From: Marsupella aquatica
Taxonomy: Eukaryota; Plantae; Marchantiophyta
Assembly: GCA_973895155.1 (NCBI GenBank)
Contig: OZ316891.1
Span: forward strand, 19,555,048-19,619,047
DNA: 64,000 bases
Direction: 5' to 3'
Part shown: in pieces, positions 12,465-24,656 of the stretch
Layout of the letters: each line of letters opens with the position of its first letter
How positions within the stretch are numbered: position 1 is the stretch's first letter
The notes under the pieces: model-generated
What the model was told of the DNA's origin: nothing
Seen by the model: only the letters and a program-made list of their open reading frames with translations
Database searches by the model: none
Translations under genes and position numbers: made by a program

Positions 12465-13968
12465 ATTAGACCTAAGGGTTCAGTTGACCAACTACATTTT
12501 GACAAAAACATGATTGTTCATAGGAAGGTAAGGTGTGATCTGATTAAGGTTAGTAGTGTTTGAGTGTGGTATATAGAGGTTTCAGCAGTCCATCCATATA
12601 ACTTGTCCAAGAGTGTGGTCAGTGGAAGCTTTGGTTGTGCCTTGGAATCATGAGATGGTAGCTATCTATCTACTACTATAGGGAAACATGAAAAGACAAA
12701 GAGGGCTGAGATTTGGAACAAGGAGGACTGAGATTTGGGTAGCAGTCAAGGACCAGATTTTGTCCACTCTATCACATACATGTAACTATCACTTATGTGC
12801 ACTCCACTTGTAACCATGGCAAACCAAAATTTGACCATGCTTGGCTAGAAATTGAAGCCATCTGTACATATTTATAAATAAACACTGCCACAGAACAAAA
12901 GGCACCCGTGAAGGCTCCATACCAGGACACATGATCCCAAAGGCGAGAAACCCAATAACGGGCAGGAAAACAATGGAAATGCCCAGGAAGGCCAAGGAGC
13001 CAGAAGCCATTCCATTTGTCTGTGTCTGGCCTCTATTTAGTGAGACCTCAGCTAATGCAACCTTGATAAGTTATATCCTCCCATAAGTTCATGGATTTTT
13101 GTGTAACACAAATGCTAAGATGTAAGTTGCAGCTTCAGTCAATACCTGGTCAGTAAAATAATCTTCTTCAAACAAGATGCTTAGACCAATTTGTGCAATT
13201 TTTTATAAGTGCAAAAGTTCATAATATTGCACTTACCAGTTAGTGCAATCATTCTAATTGTCCAAGTATGTATCTTGTTAGATTGCAAGGGACACCATAG
13301 CCAGATGTGAGAGTGGTAATAGGAAGTTCCAACTGCTACGTCTCCTTCCTTGGTGTCTTTATAGATGTGTATGATACAAAGGGTCGTCATGGTATCTGAC
13401 CAAGGGTTAGGTTAACCTTGGGTATTAGGTAACTAGACTAGTATATCATAACATATTTGACTTATTAAGGTTCAAGTGGCTGAATGCATTGCACCTATCA
13501 GGATTTTGAAACTGCAACCTACTCATTAGGTTGCACTTACCAATACCTGCAATGTGATTAGTTTATGGAAATTACCAAAATACCCTCAATTACAAATTGC
13601 CAAATTTACCAAAACACCTTCAACTTTAGACAAGTTACAAAAAACTTTCTCTCAATTCTCTCGATGCAAGTGTCCCTTATGCCACCGTCTCCTGTCACTA
13701 TCTTTAAAAGTAATAACCCAAAACTCAGTTGCCATGCAATTTGCACTCTTTGCATATAGCGTCATCAAATTAAAGACTATAATTAATGACTATAATACAA
13801 GGTTGTGCCTTTTTATGAAGTGGTTGTCATTCAAATTTGCAATTCCAAAAAAAGAAGGAATCAATAAACAGAAAACATAACACAAAAATAAATTAAATAT
13901 AACGTGAACCTAAAAGACTGAAACCTTTTCACACAAAAAGGAATCAAATGGTGGCAACAAAAAATGGT

Positions 13969-14327
13969 AGCACGAGACTCAATCTCGATGCACATTGATG
14001 GCCCCTAATCGTATGCTAATGGCACTAGGAGGTTTCGGGCAGTTTAGGCTGCCACGTCGCCTGCCCCAACAGGGACACCCTTGAAGGCGCCCCTGCACCG
14101 GCCCTGCACCTCCGCTCATGCCAGGCCCTAAAGCCCGCGCCTCATGGGCCCCGACCCTGAACCTAAAGGCCCCGGGCCCTGCACCTTCCCGTCATGCCTC
14201 CCTCCCGTCGCGACTTCCACCCCGTCGCTACACAACTTCCCGTCGCCACACAACACCCCGTCCCGTCGCCGCACAACACGAAAATACGCCCTCCCCTACG
14301 ATTTCAAAATCGCCATGAGGTCGCAAT
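13969..14327 (+). repeat. Left TIR (GC-rich, 359 bp)
   Basis: Reverse complement of 24108-24455, apart from about 7 transitions and an 11-bp ccctgcaccgg duplication. Confidence 0.95.
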
Positions 14328-14406
14328 GGCGTGCACTCTGTGGCAGCAAAATCCGACGCATTTGTAAGTGTGTGTTCGTGCTTTGCACGAGCAATTGCTG
14401 GATACC

Positions 14407-17400
14407 ATGGAGTTTGAGGATCTTGATATGGCACCTAATGAGCTGGGAAGGGATGACAACGAGAAATATGTGGATCCTTCAAGCACGGGGCGTAGCACAC
14501 TTGTGGTCGAAGATTTATTGCCGAAGACAGCTGAAGTCCAAGCTCAAGCTTCCACTAGAGGGCCGCTGACTTTTGCAGACCTGCAAGAGAGGATGCAGGT
14601 TTTTCGGGATGCAATGAACCACCATTGGAGTCCAATGTGCAAAATCTACAACGGGAGAAGGAGTTTGCAGAAAGGGACAAGGAGAATCAACAAGGTGAGC
14701 AATTCACTCCAACGATCGAGACTGAAATGAAAGTCAAGCCTGGAGCGAAGAGTGAGTCTCGTGACTGTGATCGGCCCATTCCGCAACTGAAGAAGTGCTT
14801 TCATGAGAATTATAAGTGTGACAGAATTCAATATCCTCCCCTGGGTGAATTCGATGCTACAAAATTGCAATGGTTTGGGGCAAGGGCAGACTTTGCGTGG
14901 ATTCCTCAGAACCGATTGAATGACTTTATTTGGGGAGAAAACATGAGAAAGGGTTTCCATACACAATTCTCCGTTCGCAAATCCCATGAGCATAAGATAA
15001 ATGGAGTCGGGCCTCTTGAGAAGACGGTCACCTAGTACAATTGCTGCTTTGGCCTAGAAGACAAGCGCCGTTGGAAGGATGTCCTAGGAAACAAAGTTCC
15101 AGAGAACCTGAGCTGCAAAGAAGGGGGCGTCTACCTCAAAAAGAAAACTATCACAGGTAAATGTTTCTCCATGTCCCCATGCACATCACGTTCTGCAAGT
15201 CTGGTTTGGAATATTTCTGACATTGTGTGGCAGGACACGAAGGACAATGTATTTGCTTTTTTGATTGAAGGACAAAGGTATTTGAACATGACTCACAAAC
15301 AGTGTATTTGAACATGAACATTCTGTGTTGTCAAAATCCCCTAAACCGCGTCTTTATATTTGTAGGCCACTCCATGAAGCGAGGGTGCCGATGCAGTTTC
15401 TCAACAAGTCTATTTGTACAGCGTCCGGATGTTCTCCTCATACGTTGGGTACATCGGGAGCACCGCGACGGAGATGGGCTCATTTGCCATGGTTTGGAGG
15501 ACACATCCGCATATGCAGCAAACTGCCACATAGCCCCTCGCATTTCCATCAAACTAAGGGCTAAACTAGAACGATATTTAAGAGCTGGGTTGTCAGCGAA
15601 GGCTATTATCAGGGCGCACTTTGATGAGGTTGCTGTGAAATGGCGAAAAGATCACCCAGATTCGAATGCAGACGTTATATTTAGCAGAGACATGCAACTC
15701 ACGCCAAAAGACATTTGGATAGTGAGAGAGGCAATGCGTCGAAGACAACCATTTTACACAACATACGACGCAACTGGTGTTCACAATTGGGTCCTACAAA
15801 ACAAGTCAGATGTATTGTTTTACCAGCCCCAAGTAAAATCTGACGACCAACCCTTCATCTTGGCATGGTGTACCGATTGGCAAAGGAAAAAGTTGGCTCA
15901 GCTCGGTCACGACGGTGCTGTGGGCTTTGATGCCACATTTGGCACGAATCATTGTGGGGTAAATATTATTCACACTATACAATGTAGGTTTTCCAACATT
16001 CCATCCGTGCTGACCGGATTAACACAACCACAATGCCTAATTTCTGCTTTGAATTGTTCCAATGTGCAGTTCCCGTTTTACACCGTTGTGGTGTTCGACA
16101 AATTTCAGAATGCAATCCCTGTTGCATTTGCAGTCCTCCAGAGGTACACAACATTGCAAGTCACTACAGTATTGATAAACCTCAAAGGAGCTGCAAACCA
16201 GAAGAGATCAGATATGGGCAACGACATTCCATGGCAGCCAAATTGTTGGATGATTGATGTCGCAGATGAGGAGCAAATTGCCATAACGTAATGCTCCCAT
16301 CCCCAAAATTGCCTCTGATTTCATTCTATTTCATTATCGACATCCACATATTTGTTAATCGAGACTGCCTTGCATGTTGCCTCACAGCAATGTCTTCCCG
16401 AATGTTCCCATCACCTTTTGTACGTGGCATGTGAGGAGGGCCTGGACCAAGAATATCATCTGGAAGGTTTTTTGTCCATTTGCAAAGGCTCAAATCAATG
16501 CAGACCTTGGGACCTTGATGTATTCTGATGGAACAGGTATGTTCTATTTCAATTTCATGTTCTATTTCAATTCCATTGAAAGCAAAATTGTCCGGGTTTG
16601 TGCATCTTAAAACACCTGAACAAATGCATAATTATTTCCTGTGTTCATGCGCAGACCTTCAAGCAGAGTCTCAATCTTTTATGGACCGATGGAGGGAGAC
16701 TCAACCAACTTTTGTTGCTTACTACAAGAGGGAGTGGCATGAAAAGATAAATCGTTGGGTTGTGAAAGTAAGATTGTACAGACACTCTAATCAGAACACT
16801 AATGGTGGAATTGAGAGATGGCACCATACTCTCAAAGTGGAATTGAAGGCTGATAAAAGTACCATCAATGGAAGGACTATCCCATGGTTGGTTGAGAAGT
16901 TGAAAGCTATTGAAAACCACTATTGGTGCATGTCCGCGGACAAATTCTAGGGACGCCTCCGAAACAAGACTGTAGAGCACCATGTACACAAATGCATGAA
17001 TAGAGCCGTCCGGATCCCCGATAACTTTGGAGTAAAGTAACATCATCAGTTATCTGTCATTTCCATCAGTCAACCTAATATCAGTCGCCACATCATCTCA
17101 GAGAGGCCGCCAAGATGCGGCGCCGAAAAAAAATGCGAAAAATTTTGATGGAGAAAAAAAAACTTTTTTTGAAATTTTTTTCACTATGGGTGTCCATACC
17201 GTACGGATATCGCTTCTCGGCGGGGTCAGCCGAGATGGTCAGATGTCCGTACTGTACGGTCATCGAATTTCGGCAGAATTTTTTTCAAAATTTTTTTTTT
17301 ATGAAATTTTCAAGAAAATAATTTTAAATTTTTTTTTTTCCATTTTTTTTGTTCGCTCGCCGATCTCGGCGAGGTCAGCTGAGATTGAGTCAATCTCAGC

Positions 17401-18915
17401 TGCCTAGCTGAGATGCGTGGAAGTGCAAAGTCGTCATCTCAGCGGCTCAGCTGAGATTCAAAAAAAATTCAGCAAAAAAAACTGATAACTGATGATCCTC
17501 GCTACCCCATAACTTTGTCACACTTTTTGATTCTGGAAAAAGCAAGTGTGCATCTGTAAAAAGTACTTCAGATAAATACAGTGGGATGAAAGAACATGTT
17601 GTCACAGATTGGAATAACGACTCATGTTCCTGTACCTGCGGATGTTCAGTCAAGGGCAATGCTTGCAAGCACCAGGTAACCTCCGCTCCAATTGGCCACT
17701 TTTCCAGTTTTCTGTACGTCTCATCACTTCTGCCAACGATGTGCAATTTACTAATTTGTCTCATATATTGTGCAGATTAAGGTGTTGCTCATGACAAACA
17801 CCATGACTCAATTGGATGTTCTCACTCAACTTGGTACAAAGCTTGGTACTTTTTGTGGAGGGCTCGATGTCTTCCAGAACATTCACAACGGGGACCAAGC
17901 CCCAATTACCAATGTTGGAGATGTAACTCTTTCCTATGACGACAAGGAATTCTGGGAGGAAGAACCTGCCCAGGTTGAATTGGCTCCTGTCTTGCCTCCA
18001 CTGGATGAGTTCATAAGTGTTCTCAATAAAGCTTATGAGACTATTTCATACCGCCCATCACTGGCAATACAGGGCCTGAAAGAGTTGAAGGTTTGGTGTG
18101 AGTCATTGCAAACTAGGGAAGCACAATAGAATGTAACCAGGTTGGAACGGGATTCAAGTCCATTGGAGGCGCTAGTTCCAAATGCACAATCCAACATCTC
18201 TACCGTCCCCAAACCTGGATGGGTTGACAAGCTCATGAAGGGGAGGCAGAAGAGGAAACCAAACGTGACGGACGCAGCGGATGCCAACGCCCCAATGATG
18301 CAGCATAATGCCCCCGAAAAACTGCAAATAAAGAGAAAGGGCAGACCCGTATCATTCCAAGGAAAATTTGACAAGCTTGCTGTTGATGCACTGCAGGGCA
18401 TGCTGGATGCAGTGAACGACAAGGATTACACATCACAAGCGATGAACGCAAAACAAGGTGAGTTGCCTTTTGTTTATTTCAATGGCATGACGATGATTTA
18501 TGTCACTACATATTTAGTTGTGGTGTCGTGGAGTGCAGGGTTTGTACGAGACACACAGGGAGCGCCAAAGAAACCACGGGGAAGGTCCGAAAAATGCAAG
18601 GCGAGTACTGCAATACAACGATCCACCACTATAACGCGTACACAACAACCATCAAAACAAAGGAAGAGCCGCGCTGCTCCTCCATACCCTGCTCATGAAG
18701 TGGCCAAAGCTTGCTCACAGTCGTCGGTGTTAAGTGAACCTCTGACTCCTAGGCAATCTCAAGTTATTGGTAGCATCCAAATTGGATGTAGCCAAACGTG
18801 GGCGATGTCTCCCAATTTCACTCAACTTTTGGATGCCTTCTCTGCTGGTGCGAAACGTGATATTATTGTCCCCACCTCAATACCGGATGGCGAAATTGTG
18901 TCTATATCAGATTAG
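14407..18915 (+). pseudogene. Intron-containing MULE-type DDE transposase with SWIM zinc finger, inactivated
   Basis: Motifs KRGCRCSF, FDATFGTN (D1), WMIDVADEE (D2), FCTWHVRRAW (CxxH), TNGGIERWHHTLK (E) and CSCTCG...CKH (SWIM). Premature TAG stops at ~15033, 16948 and 18127; MITE insertion at 17029-17508. Start and exon boundaries are approximate. Confidence 0.85.
17029..17508. mobile_element. 480-bp MITE inserted in a transposase exon
   Basis: TSD ATAACTTT at 17021-17028 and 17509-17516 (9 bp if the next G is included). TIR core atcatcagttatc / gataactgatgat. Removing it restores the frame IPDNFVTLFDSGKSKC...CSCTC. Confidence 0.85.
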
Positions 18916-19531
18916 AATAGTTTATTAGTATGGCACATAATGTTCCAAGTTTTCATTATACAATGTTTCAATCCGGTTTTGAATCATCAGTAAAGTCCTG
19001 TGGACATTTCATTCTATCTGGTATGATGTACCTGCGCTACTTTGGTGCGAATTGTTGCACTTGCGCTATGAAATTCGCACACTGCAAAATGAGGTTTATG
19101 CTGAATAGTCAATTGTGCGCACACAGTGTATTTGAAAGGATGTGTTGTTTCAGCTGACCATTCCAAATTTTAGTGAATCTTGGCAATCCACTGGGTTGAA
19201 GTGTTCAAGGTGAAGGATCCTGAGTCGGGACATTGGACATTTTCGGTACTTGGCTTGTATTGTTGTGTACAATAACACGGGTCATCTCATTCAATTTGAA
19301 GCTTTAAACCCATCCCAAATTTCTAACATTGCATGCCATTTCTAACACTCGGCAATGCAAGGATAATGTTCGTCCCTGCTAATATGTTAAGAGTGTTTGG
19401 ACACTTTTCCAGGTCCGCGAAATACATTGCAAATACAATCTGCACAACTGAAAAATGCTTTATGTATGCCAAGAGCACACTGTACAACATTTGCAGAGTT
19501 CTTCAAATTGCCTAAGTAACAGTGACACTGT

Positions 19532-22429
19532 TCAAAAATGATTGTCAACAATAATGCTCCCTAGTTTAAGCACGACATCTTCAGCACAATCATGTACCGG
19601 ATTTGCATTGCCCACATGAGGTACAAGCTCGTGACATTCAGAGGACAAGGCCGGGCAACTTGGAAACAGATCAAGTACCATGTCCGAGAGTGGCACCTCT
19701 TCTCTCAATATACTGTCAATGCCATCAGCCATTTCATCTAGGATCTTTCAAATCTGACTAGTTGCGGACTTGCACATTACCACACAGGCCATCCACAAAT
19801 GCTGTACTGTTGGGAAAAGTTTGGGGCTGGTCTTCTGACACCACAATTGAGGGTGGGACATGTGATAGAGGCGAAGTCCCCCCCACAGGACAAACAACAT
19901 CTTCACTGCAACTATCCCCAACCATTGTTGCATACGCTTCAGTCACTTTGTAGGATAGCTTGGCTTCTTTCTCCGGGAGTGGCAGTTGTGACAACGAGCA
20001 TAATCCAATACAAGCAGAAAAAGCAAGTGGGTGATGAGCCAAATCCATTCCATCATTCTCCACATCATTCCCAACATCATTCCCACCTTGGTGGGCCTCG
20101 GGCAGAACGCAATCATCAATGTCCCCATTGCAATTGATTGTTCCATTCGGGTGAACAATCCAAACCCGTTGTTGAGCAAGGTCCGTTCTCCGGTTTTCTT
20201 CTGGCGGGCTGAAATTGTCATCATTGCTTGGAACGGGTGCTTCGAAGGTGTCATTGACACTGTCTGAATGCAATGGCCAATTTGGTTCAAGAACAAAACC
20301 GGCACCACTACATGGATGATAAACTGCAATTGCAAGTGCATCCTGCTGGAGAAATTCGTCCATCTTCGCGCGTTTGAAGTTTGCCTGTTCTTGTTCCTCC
20401 ATCTTCTTTCGCTTGCACTCCACCTGCTCTTCCTCTAGACGGTCTTGTTTTTGGATCCACTGACTTGTTGCAGGGTCGTCAGGCAATTGCCACTGAGGGG
20501 CAAATTTATCAAATACTGGGACTTCATCACCTGCCACGGGTGATACGGCTTCTTCAGTTGCGAGTGATGCTGGTATTTCCTGCATTTTTTGGAGGTTTTG
20601 CACCTTGTTGTTACGCAAAGCTTTCGACTCTTCTCCTTAGGAGCGGGTCCACCATCATCTGAAGTGTCGATCCAAACGCTGTCCTTTACAACCTGCAAGT
20701 TGAACAAAACATTACTGCCAGTGCAATACAAGGAAGCTCAATTCAGATAACGCAACTTAAATTACAAAGGTGGATGTAAATACTTAAGGATTCATACCTG
20801 CAATCTAGCCTCTACATCGGTGCATCCCTTGAACGCCGAGTATGACTTCACAAGATTACCTAGAGTTGTAGCGCAACTCTTTGGTTTTGCCTTAGCTTTC
20901 CATGATTGGTACTCAATCTCGGCCTTCACCTCGTACAGACCCCATCCGTGCTTGGTTTCCCATAGAAGAACGTCCTTTTTTTTTAAGCCAACCAATTGCA
21001 TCTTCACAAATAGATTTTCTATGTGTTGCCAATGCAACTGTGAGGTGTGGAGCATGACTAGCCGTGGCTGACGCACTATGAAATATTGCACCAAGCACAG
21101 TCCCTGCAGAATGCAGTGTCGCGAGGTCGTGTTTGTCCAAATGACAATGTAACCCTGCCTCAATTTCCTTCAACAACGTATCAGTCCAAGCACCAGCAGA
21201 AGCACTTGAGTGGCATAGAGACAACAACTCCACCAGTTGAGAGAAATCTTTCACTATCAACAAACTATTCCAAGGGTCGTAACCAAGACTAGGCATGACA
21301 TGCTTCAGCAGAGTAATGAGTAATCCTTCCTCTATCACAATTGGACGAGGATGTTTTAGGAGGTTGTCTTCGAAATTAGTCACCCAGCGTTTGAATATAC
21401 TGGCCCTGCATGCCAAGAAAATCCAGAATGGCAATAGTCTGATTAATGTCAGAAATGCACCTTACACAAATATCGAATGGCATTAGTGTGGATGATGTCG
21501 GAAATGTTACACAATGTGGATGAGTAATTTGTGTCAGATTTACCTCATTCTATACTTTGCTTGGCTCCACCTGGCTCTCATGGATCCCCTGGCCTCATAG
21601 TATGAAGTGCTGACAACCGCGCCTGGTTGCTTCCTCCTCCTTGCATTGTAGAGCTGACGTCTTTCTTCGGACTCGCTATCAAGGGTATACAAGGACATAG
21701 AAGTCCCACTTGATATCAGCCCATGCTTTTTGAAAACATGGTTGCCAAAGGTCCTCTCTGTTTTAAACACTCGATTTTTGCAAGGTGCAACTTTGCAAAC
21801 CACTGCGTTTGCAAACAAGGTATAATGCTCGCCCTCCACTGCATTGCCATGTTGAGACTTCTGCTTTGCTACCTGCAATGAATTTTCTGAGTGAGCATGC
21901 CATGGCATAATTAAATTGCGATAGACAGTGTATTTGAAAAGTGGAGCCCAACATTGGGTCCGACAATCCATAAAGAATTCACCTTAGTGGCATCGACCTT
22001 GTGTGTAGTTCTCCATGAGATCGGTCCATGTTCCGTTTCGTTGCTGTCTGGAAACTCTTTTGAATCATCACCTTCAGAAGTACTTTGCATGACATCGTTG
22101 TCAATGCAATCCTTTGATGCCTTCTTTGCGTGCGCCCTTAAAGTAGATGCTGTCCTTCGGCCTTTGCTGTGTGTATCCTTATACATAGTTTGTCGAGTAA
22201 CCCGGGTATGAGGTGCTTTCTCAGCGGCCGCGGATTTCAAGGATGGTAACTTCACCAAAGAACGACGTGAGGGTCTCCTAGGCTTGGAGGGAGGCAAAAA
22301 ATCTTCTTCGGACTCGGATTCTGTTTCGGGCTCTTTTAACGAAACTTTGGGCTTGTTTTGCCGCAGGGTAGACTTCTGAGTCGGCGGCATATCAAATGTC
22401 ATGTCCTGAGCCACATCATCCCCCTGCAT
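19532..22429 (-). pseudogene. Spliced accessory gene of the TIR element with a C2H2 zinc finger, unknown family, frameshifted
   Basis: GT-AG introns at about 21982-21873, 21543-21406 and 20797-20693 join the ORF fragments. Motif C-KVAP-C-x13-H-VFKK-H. Apparent frameshifts at an A-run near 20980 and near 20620. The 3' end is uncertain. Confidence 0.6.
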
Positions 22430-23100
22430 GCGACAGGTTCGGGCAAGTAGAAGCTGCAATTAAAGGAAACACGACGTGCAGTAATGAGGTTGGGGCTTTG
22501 AACTTTAGGAATAAACACTAAGTAAGATATTGCATTACCCTAATGTGCGCCAGTGGAGTACATGACTCCCTTGTATTGAGCGTGTACAATGGCATGGTAC
22601 TATGATGCGCAAAACGAGCAGTCGCATTACCCTAATGTTTTGCTCACACAAAGTTTTGTAACACTACAAGAATGTGAAATGTGGCATTAGCGTAAGCTGT
22701 GGTTAGTACCTGCTTGTTCTTCTTAGTGCTACCCATGATTGGACGGGATATTTCAGTAAAACAACGCCTTATTCTTGCCAGTCAACCGCAAACTGCAATG
22801 AGTCAGTTCCCACGACGGGTCACACATATCTGCAAAACTCTATTATGTATTTGTTGTGAGCCTAAACCAAAGACAGTCACATGTGTATTTGTTACATGTG
22901 TATTTGTTGACAATAGTGTAAGCATTGTACAAATCCAGGAAAACATGAACCAATTTCAGTTTCAATATTCATGTACTGCTCGCATGAAGAGCGGGCTCGA
23001 TTACATTGTGGGAAAAATGAGGCGAAGGGTTTAAGGCCAAAATTTTGCCAGAGAACAACCACTATACCACAACACTATGATGTCTATGGATAATCTACTC

Positions 23101-23955
23101 TTATGGGCGGCGGGACGAGTAAAAATCTAGTGATGCACTGAAGGCATCTGCTAGTCGCTTAACAACAGACATCATATTCCCATTGTCATCTACAACCTCG
23201 CTGCTTGATTCATCATAAACTCCACTGGCGCCTTCGGATGTCTGTAGTGATGGCGATGAGCCTGTCTTGTATTGTGTGCCTTCCTTGGAGCTTGTAGCTT
23301 GCGCAAGAAATGGTGTTGTAGGAACAACCACCCGCGGTGGAGTAATTTCAAGAGGACTAGGTGGGATGGCTGAAGGCGACGTGACCCTTGATTTTGTTGG
23401 AGTGCTCTGTTGCACACCGCGCCTGGGCGTCAACGATGGCTGCCAAATATGGCTATGTGCCATAATGCTCTGGGCGGAAATGATTTCAAGCTCCTGCAGA
23501 TGAGCAAAACCTTGCGTCACCCTGATTGTAACATTAACAACCGGCAGGTCCTTAATACATTCGTGCACCAACAGAAATTGGTCAGCGGCATCCATAGCAG
23601 CCAAATCGGATGCAGACGTCTGCAATAGATTAGTCGCTGCATCCCAAATAGAAGCACGTAATGCAGGCGTGCGACAATTCATTTGTAAAGTGTCATCTGA
23701 GACAATGAGCTGAAAACGGAACATGTGCACATAATTTCCATTAACCCGGGAATCGTGCAGACAATGCTTATGATCTGGTCCTTCAATGGACACCTTACAC
23801 ATTCCTCCCACGGTTCTTTGAGTGCATCCATGGTAAGTAAACTTCCTGGGAAACGGGTTCGGAGCTGCAAAATTAAGAATTTGAACGTGCATTGGACCTA
23901 CGAGCAACGTATGTCTGTCCTGAACAGCACGATGAACATCAGTCAAAGTCATCAT
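23101..23955 (-). CDS. RPA70 C-terminal-like zinc-ribbon OB-fold protein with S/T/P-rich tail (element accessory gene)
   Basis: Uninterrupted ~284-aa ORF. FTYHGC...CK...CLH...FRFQLIVSDDT...ASIWDAATNLL..SASDL matches the Rep_fac-A_C pattern (YxAC..C..C....YRxxxxISDxT...xFxxxAExLLGxSA). Confidence 0.65.
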   Translation of the reverse strand: MMTLTDVHRAVQDRHTLLVGPMHVQILNFAAPNPFPRKFTYHGCTQRTVGGMCKVSIEGPDHKHCLHDSRVNGNYVHMFRFQLIVSDDTLQMNCRTPALRASIWDAATNLLQTSASDLAAMDAADQFLLVHECIKDLPVVNVTIRVTQGFAHLQELEIISAQSIMAHSHIWQPSLTPRRGVQQSTPTKSRVTSPSAIPPSPLEITPPRVVVPTTPFLAQATSSKEGTQYKTGSSPSLQTSEGASGVYDESSSEVVDDNGNMMSVVKRLADAFSASLDFYSSRRP

Positions 23956-24107
23956 TTCACTCGCAGATGATTCAGGCTGAAAGACTTGCCTGGATTTGCC
24001 AATCTCCAATCTCTCACCGCCCTTCTAAAGCTGCAAACAATCTGCGTAGAAGATATGCGAGACAATGTCCACCTTGTTGTCGACCCTAAAATGAGACTGG
24101 AACTAGG

Positions 24108-24455
24108 ATTGCAACCTCATGGCGATTTTGAAATCGTAGGGGAGGGCATATTTTCGTGTTGTGCGGCGACGGGACGGGGTGTTGTGTGGCGACGGGAAGT
24201 TGTGTAGCGACGGGGTGGAAGTCGCGATGGGAGGGAGGCGTGACGGGAAGGTGCAGGGCCCAGGGCCTTTAGGTTCAGGGTCGGGGCCCATGAGGCGCGG
24301 GCTTTAGGGCCTGGCATGAGCGGAGGTGCAGGGGCGCCTTCAAGGGTGTCCCTGTTGGGGCAGGCGACGTGGCAGCCTAAACTGCCCGAAACCTCCTAAT
24401 GCCATTAGCGTACGATTAGGGGCCATCAATGTGCATCGAGATTGAGTCTCGTGCT
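24108..24455 (-). repeat. Right TIR (348 bp)
   Basis: Inverted copy of 13969-14327. Confidence 0.95.
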
Positions 24456-24656
24456 TAATTACTAGTGTCAAGGAGGTCCTCACTTTATCATCATGCACAA
24501 GAAAACAATATTGATTGCATAATGTAATTATGAGAAAAAATTAATTGAATGGGGTCAAGCACAATAACTTTGGTACAAGGAGAGAGAAGTCATTATAATC
24601 TCATATCATCTATGAATCTTACATTTACAAACTCAAGAAAAAATGCGGACATACTA

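Larger units (their letters stand above)
13969..24455. mobile_element. 10.5-kb Mutator-like DNA transposon with ~350-bp TIRs, a SWIM/MULE transposase and two convergent accessory genes
   Basis: TIRs at 13969-14327 and 24108-24455 are near-identical inverted copies. DDE/SWIM transposase on +; two further genes on -. No clean TSD found. Confidence 0.9.

Noticed and set aside
14118-14318. Twin 66-aa ORFs at 14118-14318 (+) and 24117-24317 (-)
   Set aside because: They are mirror readings of the GC-rich TIRs, with no domain or other evidence of coding.
21120-21180. LHCHLDKH resembling a J-domain HPD motif in the accessory gene
   Set aside because: The sequence reads HLD, not HPD, and the flanking helices do not clearly match. 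It is worth rechecking only in a family consensus.
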